NCBI GenBank assembly: GCA_037447115.1
Contig: JBBIHH010000008.1
Span: 34,225 to 98,224, forward strand
Direction: 5' to 3'
Source: Acidobacteriota bacterium
GTDB lineage: Bacteria > Acidobacteriota > Polarisedimenticolia > Polarisedimenticolales > JBBIHH01
Length of the DNA stretch: 64,000 nucleotides
The position numbers and the translations under genes were made by a program. The notes below the pieces were generated by a model. That model was not told where the DNA came from and did not search any database. It was given only the letters and a program-made list of their open reading frames with translations. Below, piece by piece: positions 8,532 through 17,525 of the stretch. The stretch's first letter is position 1; each line of letters starts with the position of its first letter.

Positions 8532-10076
8532 TCACAGGCCGAAGGTTCTCTCTCCCCGAGGCCGTTCGGCCTCGGCGGCCCGCAGACGGGCTTCGATCTC
8601 TCGCGCCACCCGCTCGCGTGGCCCCCACCAGCGGCGCGCCCAAGCCACGGCCCACGCCGCGTCCCGATCGGCGTGGCAGTCGGCGCAAGCGTTGGGCTGG
8701 CGCGAGGGCCCGCCGAAGCGCACCGTCGCCTCCGGATAGGGAATGTGGTCCAGCTCGTGGGTGCGGATTCGGTTGTAGTCGAACTGCCCCACGAGCTCGA
8801 TACCCTCGAGCAAGCGCGGCATGTGGCACGCGTAGCACCGCGATCCTTCGCTCTCCTGCGGATGGCGCGTGTGCGCGCTCGGATCCCGGCCGATTTGCTC
8901 GTGGCAGCGCAGGCAATAGGCGTCGCTCGCCGGGCCCGCCGCGAGCAACTCCCGGTATTCGCGCGGTGCGTGGGGGTCGTGACAGTCGTGGCAGGTCACG
9001 CCCCCCTCCCGAAAACAGCGGCTTTCGACGAACGAGCGGAACAGCATGCCGGGCCCGCGCGGGCTCGCATCCGGCCAGGTCTTGTTGCTCGGCGGCAACT
9101 CCACCTCGGGCTCGAGGGGCACCTCGCGAAAATGCTCCGAGAGATCCTCGCCGGGCTCGAAGGCCACGAACTTGGGGACGTGCTTGAGCCAGATGTCCGG
9201 GTGGTGGCACTGGGCACAGATCGAAACCGCGCGGGCGGGGTCGAGGCGGTCGGGCCTCACGATGGCGGTGGCGCGCGGAAGGCCGAGCCCGTGGCGCAAG
9301 CTCGCGCGCAGCCGCTCCAGCTTCGAGGGCCGGAAAAGCGCGGCGTGTCGCCCGCCTGCGCCGTGGCAGGCCTCGCAAGCGATCGCCAGCTCGGACCACT
9401 GCCCCCCGCCCTCGAGCCGGTAACCCGTGGTGTGGCAGCGCGCGCAGACCTCGTTCCACCGCGCGTGATCGTTGAGGAAGAACTCCATCGGGCCCTCGAC
9501 GGTCTCGTCCTGCCGCGCCTGGCGCCGCCACAGGTTGACCCACCGGCGCTGCTGGATCGCCCACTGCACCGGCACTCTGAAGAAGGTGTCGCCGCTCTGG
9601 ACGAGAAACGTCTGGCGGTAGGCTTCGCCGAGGACGTGGGTGATGCGGTACGGCTCGAGGCGATCGTCCTCGGGATCGTAAACGTAAGCGTAGTACGCGT
9701 CGCCGTCGCGCACCATCCGCACCAGCACCCGATCTTCCTCGGGAGGAACCGGGCGCGAGTGTACGCCATCGTGCAACCAGTATTCGTTGCGGACATCGAA
9801 GTCCGCGCGGACGGTCTGGGGCGTGGCTGGACGCGCCATCTTCGCGTGCAGGGTTTCCTGCCAGCCCGCATGGTTGAGCCGATGGCACTCGCCGCAGGCG
9901 CGCGACCCCATGTAACCGCCTCCGGGCGCAGCCACACCCGCCCACTCCGGGCGCAGCACCCACAGCGCCCCTCCCGCTCCCACGACGCCCAGAACGGCCC
10001 CGATCCAGCCGAGGACCCGGTTCCACCGCGGGATGCGCTCTCTGCGTTTCGAGGAGCCTCTGCTTCGCGCGCGCAT
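8532..10076 (-). CDS. Membrane-anchored octaheme c-type cytochrome
   Basis: Eight CxxCH motifs (CGECH, CARCH, CEACH, CAQCH, CHDCH, CLRCH, CYACH, CADCH); N-terminal TM segment; start approximate. Confidence 0.88.
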   Translation of the reverse strand: MRARSRGSSKRRERIPRWNRVLGWIGAVLGVVGAGGALWVLRPEWAGVAAPGGGYMGSRACGECHRLNHAGWQETLHAKMARPATPQTVRADFDVRNEYWLHDGVHSRPVPPEEDRVLVRMVRDGDAYYAYVYDPEDDRLEPYRITHVLGEAYRQTFLVQSGDTFFRVPVQWAIQQRRWVNLWRRQARQDETVEGPMEFFLNDHARWNEVCARCHTTGYRLEGGGQWSELAIACEACHGAGGRHAALFRPSKLERLRASLRHGLGLPRATAIVRPDRLDPARAVSICAQCHHPDIWLKHVPKFVAFEPGEDLSEHFREVPLEPEVELPPSNKTWPDASPRGPGMLFRSFVESRCFREGGVTCHDCHDPHAPREYRELLAAGPASDAYCLRCHEQIGRDPSAHTRHPQESEGSRCYACHMPRLLEGIELVGQFDYNRIRTHELDHIPYPEATVRFGGPSRQPNACADCHADRDAAWAVAWARRWWGPRERVAREIEARLRAAEAERPRGERTFGL

Positions 10077-10263
10077 CTGGATCGCCTGAGGATACGCCGG
10101 AAGGCCGTTGTCGGCGATAACCCTTGACAGCCTCCCGGTACCGGTGAGAAAAACTACCCCAGGCCGGGTCGGCCCGCAGGTCGAGCGTTTGGCGACGCGA
10201 GCGCGGCCCGGGCGGAGGCCCGGAGCCGCTCGTCGCCGTGTGGAGCCGGGGAGGGGCAGCCCG

Positions 10264-11703
10264 ATGCAAGCGCGCCGCGTGGACAAGTACATCTGGGAGA
10301 TCCCGCCGACGGCGAAGGAAGGGATGCTCGTTCCGGCGCGGATCTACGCGACCGAGAAGCTCTTCCACGAAATGGACCGCGCCGTCTACGACCAGATCAC
10401 GAACGTCGCCACGCTTCCCGGAATCGTGAACTACGCCCTCTGCATGCCTGACGGCCATTCGGGTTACGGTTTCCCCATCGGCGGGGTCGCCGCCATGGAC
10501 GTGGAGCGGGGCGGGGTGATTTCGCCGGGCGGCATCGGTTTCGACATCAACTGCGGGATGCGTCTCGTGCTCACCAATCTCACGGCGGACGAGGTCCGAC
10601 CTCACCTGCGCCAGCTCGTGGACCGTCTCTTCGAGCGCGTGCCCGCCGGTGTGGGCTGCAAGGGGTTCGTGCGCATCTCCCAGGACGAGTTCCGGCGGGT
10701 CGTGGAGGAAGGGGCGCGCTGGTGCCTGCGCAAGGGTTTTGGCTGGGAGGAGGATCTGGAGCTCACGGAGGAGGGAGGCTGCATCGAGGGCGCCGACGCC
10801 TCGAAGATCAGCGAGCGCGCCGTGGAACGCGGCTACAACCAGATCGGCACCCTCGGTTCGGGCAACCACTACCTGGAGATCCAGCGCGCCCAGATCGTGG
10901 ACGAGGCGCTGGCGAAGAAGTTGGGCATCACCGTTCCCGATCAGGTCGTGGTGATGTTCCACTGCGGCAGCCGTGGCTTCGGCCACCAGGTGGCGACGGA
11001 CTACCTCCAGGTATTCCTGCGAGTGATGGAAAGCAAGTACGGGATCAAGATCCGCGACCGCGAGCTGGCGTGCGCGCCCTTCGACTCTCCGGAAGGCCGG
11101 GACTACTTCGCCGCCATGAAGTGCGGCATCAACATGTCCTTCGCCAACCGCCAGGTGATCCTGCACCGGATCCGCGAGGTGTTCTCGGCGGTCTTCGGCC
11201 GCCCAGCCGAGGATCTCGGCATGCACATGGTGTACGATGTGGCCCACAACACGGCCAAGCTCGAAACGCACGAGATCCACGGCGAGCGGCGCCGGCTGCT
11301 CGTCCACCGCAAGGGCGCGACGCGCGCCTTCGGACCGGGCATGGAAGGGCTCCCCGCGCGCTACAAGGAAACGGGGCAGCCCGTGATCCTCGGGGGCAGC
11401 ATGGAGACCGGCTCCTACCTGCTCGTCGGGGTGCCCACGGGCAGCCAGACTTTCTACACCACCGCCCACGGCAGCGGCCGCACCATGAGCCGCACCCGCG
11501 CGCGCAAGCAGTGGCGCGGGCAAAAGCTCCAGCGCGAGATGGAGGCCCGGGGCATTTACGTGCGCTCGGTTTCTTGGTCCGGCCTCGCCGAGGAGGCCGG
11601 GGGCGCGTACAAGAGCATCGACGACGTCGTGGAGGCCACGGAGCTCGCCGGGATCAGCCGCCCGGTCGTGCGCTTCGTGCCGATGGGCAACATCAAGGGC
11701 TGA
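10264..11703 (+). CDS. rtcB: RtcB RNA ligase (archaeal/eukaryotic type)
   Basis: MPDGHSGYGFPIGG, GFDINCG, GSGNHYLE, HCGSRG, HRKGAT, TAHGSGR, EEAGGAYK. Confidence 0.97.
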   Translation: MQARRVDKYIWEIPPTAKEGMLVPARIYATEKLFHEMDRAVYDQITNVATLPGIVNYALCMPDGHSGYGFPIGGVAAMDVERGGVISPGGIGFDINCGMRLVLTNLTADEVRPHLRQLVDRLFERVPAGVGCKGFVRISQDEFRRVVEEGARWCLRKGFGWEEDLELTEEGGCIEGADASKISERAVERGYNQIGTLGSGNHYLEIQRAQIVDEALAKKLGITVPDQVVVMFHCGSRGFGHQVATDYLQVFLRVMESKYGIKIRDRELACAPFDSPEGRDYFAAMKCGINMSFANRQVILHRIREVFSAVFGRPAEDLGMHMVYDVAHNTAKLETHEIHGERRRLLVHRKGATRAFGPGMEGLPARYKETGQPVILGGSMETGSYLLVGVPTGSQTFYTTAHGSGRTMSRTRARKQWRGQKLQREMEARGIYVRSVSWSGLAEEAGGAYKSIDDVVEATELAGISRPVVRFVPMGNIKG

Positions 11704-11707
11704 ATCG

Positions 11708-12610
11708 ATGGCGCGCACGCCCCTGACCCTGATCACGGGACCGCTCGGCAGCGGCAAGACGACGATGCTGCGCGCCCTCGTGGAGCGCGCCCCCGACCGG
11801 ATGGCGATCCTGATGAACGAATTCGGCGAGATCGCCATCGATAGCAAAGTCGTCCAGGGCAAGAACATCCAGATGGTCGAGCTGGGCGGCGGCTGCGTGT
11901 GCTGCTCCCTCGTGGGCGAGTTCGACGCCGCCGTCGACGAGATGCTGCGAACGGTGGATCCGGACCGCATCGTCGTGGAGACCACGGGGCTCGCCGAGCC
12001 CGAAGCCCTGATGTTCAACGTCCAGGAAAGCCTGCCCCAGGTGCGGCTCGACGCCGTCGTGACCCTGGCCGACGCGGACGCCTTCCTGCGCTTTCCCGCC
12101 CTCGGCCACACGACGCGGATGCAGCTCGAGGCGGCCGACCTGATCCTGCTGAACAAGACCGATCTCGTGGAACCCGAACAGCTCGCGGAGGTCGAGGGGC
12201 GGTTGCGCACGGTGAACGACGTGGCGCCCATCATCCGCACGAGCTTCGGGCGCGTGGATCCGGAGATCGTCTTCGGGATCGGCCGCACACGACCCGCGGC
12301 TCGTCCCAGCCACGAGCACGGCACGCCGTTCCGCTCGATGGCGTACGTCAGCCAACGTCCGCTGGACCGGGCCGCTTTCGAAGCTTTCCTGGAGGGACTC
12401 GACCCGGCGGCGGTCTTGCGCGCCAAGGGCTTCGTCCGCTTCGCCGACCGGACGCACCTCTTCAACTACGTGACCGGTCGCTGGGACTTCGAGCCCTTCG
12501 ACGCCGAGCGCACGGAACTCGTCTTCATCGGCCCGCGGGAGCGGCTGCCGGAAGCCGAGATCCGCGAAAGGCTGGAGCAGTGCGAGCGGGCATGCCGTAC
12601 GAGTACCTAG
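11708..12610 (+). CDS. COG0523/CobW family G3E GTPase (putative metallochaperone)
   Basis: GPLGSGKT, MNEFGEI, GGGCVCC (CxCC), VVETTG, LNKTD; CobW_C-like LRAKGFV..LVFIG. Confidence 0.93.
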   Translation: MARTPLTLITGPLGSGKTTMLRALVERAPDRMAILMNEFGEIAIDSKVVQGKNIQMVELGGGCVCCSLVGEFDAAVDEMLRTVDPDRIVVETTGLAEPEALMFNVQESLPQVRLDAVVTLADADAFLRFPALGHTTRMQLEAADLILLNKTDLVEPEQLAEVEGRLRTVNDVAPIIRTSFGRVDPEIVFGIGRTRPAARPSHEHGTPFRSMAYVSQRPLDRAAFEAFLEGLDPAAVLRAKGFVRFADRTHLFNYVTGRWDFEPFDAERTELVFIGPRERLPEAEIRERLEQCERACRTST

Positions 12611-13023
12611 AAGACGTCGCCATCGCCGACATCGCCTTCCGCGCCCGAGGGCGGACGCTCGAGGAAGCATTCACGGCCGCCGCCGACGCGGTGACGAACG
12701 CGATGGTGGAAAAGCTGGACTCCCTCGAGCCCCGGGAGACCCGCGCGATCGAGGTGGAAGCGGAGGCTTTGGATCTGCTGCTGTTCCAGTTCCTGCAGGA
12801 GTTGATCTTCTACAAGGACGCGGAGCAGCTCCTGCTGCGCGTGCCGCAGGTCCAAATCGAGGAACGCCCAGGGGGCTATCGGTTGCGCGCGCAGGCCCAG
12901 GGCGAGCGGCTCGACCCGGCCAAGCACCACCTGCGGGTGGACGTCAAGGCCGTGACGCTCCACCGATTCTCGCTCGAGTCCACCCCGGGAGGCTGGGACG
13001 CTTTCGTCATCCTCGATATCTGA
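12592..13023 (+). CDS. Archease
   Basis: MPYEYLEDVAIAD, DLLLFQFLQELIF, DVKAVTLH, C-terminal ILDI; overlaps the upstream gene. Confidence 0.93.
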   Translation: MPYEYLEDVAIADIAFRARGRTLEEAFTAAADAVTNAMVEKLDSLEPRETRAIEVEAEALDLLLFQFLQELIFYKDAEQLLLRVPQVQIEERPGGYRLRAQAQGERLDPAKHHLRVDVKAVTLHRFSLESTPGGWDAFVILDI

Positions 13024-13271
13024 AAACGGAGAGACAGCGGTTTTCCGCATCGGGGCACCGGACCGGCGCGAGCGGTGGGGCCCGAAAAGCGCGGATGTCC
13101 CGGGGGCGCGGCCCCCGAGGCGAAAGTTCGCGCCGCGCACCCCCATCCCCTCGGCCGGCGAGGTGCCGGCTTCCGCGGGCAGCGGCAGCGAAGGAGTGCC
13201 GGCGGCGGCGATCGGCGGCCCGCTCGAGCCATGGCGGGGCCCGGTCCGTCGGCGACGCGGACGCGGAGCCC

Positions 13272-13838
13272 TCAATCGCGGTCCGCCGTCCCGGCGAGCA
13301 CGCCCAACTCGCGAAAAAGCGCCTCCGCTGCGTCGAGGATCTCGGGAACCGAACGCGCCATGACCGCGTGGTCCTCGAGACCGACGGCAACTTCCGCGGC
13401 ACCGTAAAGGGTTCGCAGGAGCGTCTCGGCTTCCGTGAGCGACACGCCCTCGAGGTAGAACGTGCGCGCCGCTGTCGGCGCCAGGATGCGGGGCCGCAGC
13501 TCGATGGACCCGTGCGGTTCGCTGGCGCCGCGCAGGACGCCACGCTCCTGCAGCAAGGCCTCGGCGCGCTGCGCCCGTGCGGGCTCCTCCATGACGATCA
13601 GGGCCTGCCGCGCTGCAACCGCCGCCAGCCGACGCACCTGGAGCTCCGCCCGCAGCAGTGCCGCGGCCTGCGGGATCTCCATCCCGTCGAGGTAAAGCAC
13701 GCGCGGGACGACCGCCTCCCCCTCGGCGGCCGCAGGCGTGCCCGCGCTCCATCCCGCGCCCAGGAGCGCGGCGAGAAGGACCAGAGCGCTCAGAGACGAT
13801 CCCCCCTCGGCCGAGCGGCGAACCTGCATCCACGACAT
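13272..13838 (-). CDS. Exported protein with two tandem NolW/secretin-N-like repeats
   Basis: Signal-like LVLLAALLGAGWSAG; repeats RVLYLDG..AAALLR..AEALLQERG and RTFYLEG..AETLLR..AEALFRELG; GGAGG RBS. Confidence 0.6.
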   Translation of the reverse strand: MSWMQVRRSAEGGSSLSALVLLAALLGAGWSAGTPAAAEGEAVVPRVLYLDGMEIPQAAALLRAELQVRRLAAVAARQALIVMEEPARAQRAEALLQERGVLRGASEPHGSIELRPRILAPTAARTFYLEGVSLTEAETLLRTLYGAAEVAVGLEDHAVMARSVPEILDAAEALFRELGVLAGTADRD

Positions 13839-14001
13839 CTCGGATCCTCCACCCTCGCTCGATTGTAGCGCGGCGCACGAGTGGGGCCCAAAGCGCCGGC
13901 CGCGACTCCGGCAGCTCCGGGACGACGTGCCACAGGAACCCCGCCGGCGGTCCCTGCGTATACACGCTGCGGCCTTCGTCGCCGGAAGGGGGGAGGCGGG
14001 C

Positions 14002-17000
14002 ATGTCTCGAACACTGGGCGTGTGGCGGCTGGCATGTCTCGCGGCGGTTCCGCTAGCGAGCGCCCTGGCGGTGCCGGCGGCGTCGGCGGCACCGGCGTAC
14101 GCCCGCTATCCGGACATCCTTGGAGAGCGGATCGTCTTTTGCGCCGAGGGCGATCTGTGGCTGACGGACACGGCGGGGCGCGCGCCGCGCCGGCTCACCG
14201 TCCATCCCGGCACGGAGTACTTCCCGCACTTCTCGCCCGACGGGGCCTGGATCGCTTTCACGGGCGAGTACGACGGCAACCGCGACGTCTACATCATCCC
14301 TGCCGAGGGCGGGGAACCGCGCCGGCTGACGTGGCATCCGGCGACGGACGAGGTCCTGGGGTGGACGCCCGACGGCGCCCGCATCCTCTTCCGCAGCCCC
14401 CGCGAGCACCCCCACGGGAGCTGGGAAATCTTTTCCATCCCCGCCGCAGGCGGCGATCCGCAAAAGCTTCCCCTCGGCTGGGCCGCGCGCCTGGCGATCG
14501 ACCCCGAAAGCGGGCTCTGGGCTTTCAACCGCAAGTCCCGCGAGACGCGCACCTGGAAGCGGTACCGCGGCGGCCTCGCCCCGAAGATCTGGGTCGGCGA
14601 CCCCCGGAGCGCCGACTTCCACCAGATCACGCACGTGACGGCCAACGACATGTTCCCCATGTGGCACGGCGGCCGAATCTACTTTCTAAGCGATCTAGGC
14701 GGCACGACGAACATCTGGTCCGTGTTGCCGGACGGCTCGGACCGGCGCCGGCACACGGACTTCGGCAGTTGGGACGCGCGGTGGCCGAACATGGGCTCTG
14801 ACGGACGCATCGCCTTCACGCTGGCTGCGGACATCCATGTTTTCGATCCACGCGACGAGAGCGTTCGCAAGATCGAGGTCGATCTGCCGAGCGACCGCCG
14901 GTTGACGCGCCTGCGCTATCCGCAGCCCTCGCGCTGGATCAGCTGGTTCGATCTCGCGCCCGACGGCGAGCGGCTGGCGGTGGTCACCCGCGGCGAGATC
15001 TACTCCGTGCCGGTCAAGGAAGGCGTCACGCTGGCGATCACGCGCGGCAGCGGGGCCCGGGAGCAATGGGCCGCTTTCGACGCCCAGGGCCAGCGGATCC
15101 TTTACGTGACCGACGAAGCGCAGGAAGAAGAAATCCGAACGGCCGATGCCTGGGGCCGGGGGGAGACGAAGACGGTCGTACCTGCGGGCAAGAGCGGCTA
15201 CATCTACCCGCCGCGGTTCTCGCCCGACGGAAAGTGGATCGCCTACGCCGATCAAACCCAGACGCTCTACACCGTGGCGGTCGAAGGCGGCGAGCCGATC
15301 GTGGTGGACCGCAGCACGCAGCGGGAGATCGCGGACTACAGCTGGAGTCCCGACGGGCGCTGGCTGGCCTACGCCAAGGCCGAACCGGTCACCGACTACG
15401 GATCCATCTTCGTTTACGACACCCGCGAGCGCCGCACGCACCGCGTGACGGGGGCATCGACGAACGACTTTTCTCCCGCCTGGGACCCCGAGGGCCGCTA
15501 CCTCTATTTCTTGAGCGAGCGCGCCACCAATCCCGTCCTCGGATCGCGGGACTGGCAGAACATCGAGCTGCGCTCCACGCTCCCCTACCTCGTGTTGCTG
15601 CGCCCCGACGTGGAACACCCCTTCCAGCCGCGCGCCGGCCTTCCCGAAAAGGAGAAAGAAGCCGAGAAACAGGACGGCAAGAAGTCCAAGAGGGACCAAG
15701 CGGCAAAAAGACAGAAAGCGCAGGCGGAAGAGGCAAAGGCCGAACCCGTGGAAATCGTCTTCGAGGGGCTCGCGGACCGCGCCGTCGAGTTCCCCGTACC
15801 CCGCGGTCGCTACTTCGCCCTCACCGCCACGGCCGAGAGGGTCTTCTACATCGAGGCGCCGGTGCGGGGTATGGCCGAGCTTCCGCAGCTCTTCGGCGAG
15901 GCGCCACCCGAGAACGACCTGATCGCCTTCGACCTGGAAAAGAAGGAAGCGCAGACCTTTCTCGAGGGGATCGCGGGCTACACCCTCTCGCCCGAGGCGG
16001 GGAAGATGGCCGTGCTCAAGGGGCCCGGGGAGATCTACGTCGTCGACGCCTCGGGGCCTGCGGAGGAGGCGGCGCTCGCCGAATCCCGCGTTGCCCTCGA
16101 CGGCATCGTGCTCGAACTCGACCCGCGCGAGGAGTGGCGGCAGATCTTCCACGAGAGCTGGCGCATGATGCGGGATTTTTACTGGGATCCCGGGATGGGC
16201 GGCGTGGACTGGGCCGCGATCCGCGAGCAGTACGCCCGACTGCTGCCGCGCCTCGCCACGCGCGACGACCTCGGGGATCTGCTGGGCGAGATGATCGGCG
16301 AACTGGCGACCTCCCACACCTACGTGTTCGGCGGCGACCCGGGCGTCGAGATGGACCGTGCCTCCACGGGACTGCTGGGCGCGGATCTCGTGCGCGAAGG
16401 CGAAGCCTACCGTGTCGTCCGCATCTACCGGGGAGATCCGGCCGACCGCGAGCGCTCCCCGCTCGAGGAGCCGGGCGCGGGCGTGCGCGAGGGGGACTAC
16501 ATCCTGGCGGTGAACCACACGCCGCTGCCGAAGGACAGGCCGTTTCTCGCGGCCCTCGAGAACCGCGCGGGCAAGCAGGTCGTCCTGACCGTCAACTCGC
16601 GCCCCGCGCGCGAGGGCGCCCGGGACGTGGTGGTCACGCCGCTAGAGAGCGAGGCGCACCTTCGTTATGCGGACTGGGTGCGCCGCAACCGAGACTACGT
16701 GGCGCAGAAAACCGGGGGCAAGGTGGGCTACCTGCACCTGCCGGACATGTGGAGCGACGGTTTGATCGCCTTCAACACGTGGTTCTATCCCCAACTGGAC
16801 AAGGAAGGCCTGATCGTGGACGTGCGCTGGAACGGCGGCGGCGCCGTCTCGCAGATGATCGTGGAGCGCCTGCGCCGCCGTGTCCTCGGCTTCGACCGCG
16901 CGCGGGGCGGAGGCGTGGGGACCTATCCCGCGCGCGTGCTCAACGGCCCGTTCGTCGTGCTCGTCAACGAGTTCGCGGGCTCGGACGGGGACATCTTTCC

Positions 17001-17358
17001 CATGGCGATCAAGCTGGAGAAGCTCGCACCCATCATCGGCATGCGCACCTGGGGCGGCGTGATCGGCATCCGCCTCGACCGCCAGCTCGTCGACGGGGGC
17101 ATCCTGACGCAGCCCGAGTTCGCCTGGTGGAGCCCGCCGCTCGGCTGGGAGCTCGAGAACCGGGGCGTGGAGCCGGACCTCGTGGTCCAGAACATGCCGC
17201 AGGAGCTGGCCCGGGGCGTGGACGCCCAGCTCGATCGGGCCATCGAGGAGGTCCTGCGCCTGCGCGAAGCGCGCCCGCCCGTGAAACCCGAGTTCGGGCC
17301 CCCTCGCGACCGCAGCCGCGAGGCGTACCTGGACGAGCTGCGATCGCGGGAGCCCTGA
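14002..17358 (+). CDS. Tricorn protease (peptidase S41B)
   Basis: Signal peptide; PD40 repeats (FSPDG, WSPDG); SHTY His; PDZ domain; DVRWNGGG; AGSDGD catalytic Ser; IGMRTWGG; ENRGVEPD. Confidence 0.95.
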   Translation: MSRTLGVWRLACLAAVPLASALAVPAASAAPAYARYPDILGERIVFCAEGDLWLTDTAGRAPRRLTVHPGTEYFPHFSPDGAWIAFTGEYDGNRDVYIIPAEGGEPRRLTWHPATDEVLGWTPDGARILFRSPREHPHGSWEIFSIPAAGGDPQKLPLGWAARLAIDPESGLWAFNRKSRETRTWKRYRGGLAPKIWVGDPRSADFHQITHVTANDMFPMWHGGRIYFLSDLGGTTNIWSVLPDGSDRRRHTDFGSWDARWPNMGSDGRIAFTLAADIHVFDPRDESVRKIEVDLPSDRRLTRLRYPQPSRWISWFDLAPDGERLAVVTRGEIYSVPVKEGVTLAITRGSGAREQWAAFDAQGQRILYVTDEAQEEEIRTADAWGRGETKTVVPAGKSGYIYPPRFSPDGKWIAYADQTQTLYTVAVEGGEPIVVDRSTQREIADYSWSPDGRWLAYAKAEPVTDYGSIFVYDTRERRTHRVTGASTNDFSPAWDPEGRYLYFLSERATNPVLGSRDWQNIELRSTLPYLVLLRPDVEHPFQPRAGLPEKEKEAEKQDGKKSKRDQAAKRQKAQAEEAKAEPVEIVFEGLADRAVEFPVPRGRYFALTATAERVFYIEAPVRGMAELPQLFGEAPPENDLIAFDLEKKEAQTFLEGIAGYTLSPEAGKMAVLKGPGEIYVVDASGPAEEAALAESRVALDGIVLELDPREEWRQIFHESWRMMRDFYWDPGMGGVDWAAIREQYARLLPRLATRDDLGDLLGEMIGELATSHTYVFGGDPGVEMDRASTGLLGADLVREGEAYRVVRIYRGDPADRERSPLEEPGAGVREGDYILAVNHTPLPKDRPFLAALENRAGKQVVLTVNSRPAREGARDVVVTPLESEAHLRYADWVRRNRDYVAQKTGGKVGYLHLPDMWSDGLIAFNTWFYPQLDKEGLIVDVRWNGGGAVSQMIVERLRRRVLGFDRARGGGVGTYPARVLNGPFVVLVNEFAGSDGDIFPMAIKLEKLAPIIGMRTWGGVIGIRLDRQLVDGGILTQPEFAWWSPPLGWELENRGVEPDLVVQNMPQELARGVDAQLDRAIEEVLRLREARPPVKPEFGPPRDRSREAYLDELRSREP

Positions 17359-17525
17359 GCGAGCGATCCTCGATCGGGGTTTCGCGAACCGGCTCGGGTC
17401 GGACTCGCCTCCGCTCGGGGAGCGCAGCTGGGCGCCCTCGGCCTGCAGGCGATCGCGAAACTCTCGCCGCAACCCGCATCCGACGGGGAGCCCTCGCCCT
17501 GCCCCTCGAGTCGCGCCGAGGCGGG

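Noticed and set aside
10124..10155. TTGACA upstream of rtcB
   Set aside because: No acceptable -10 hexamer at 16-18 nt spacing
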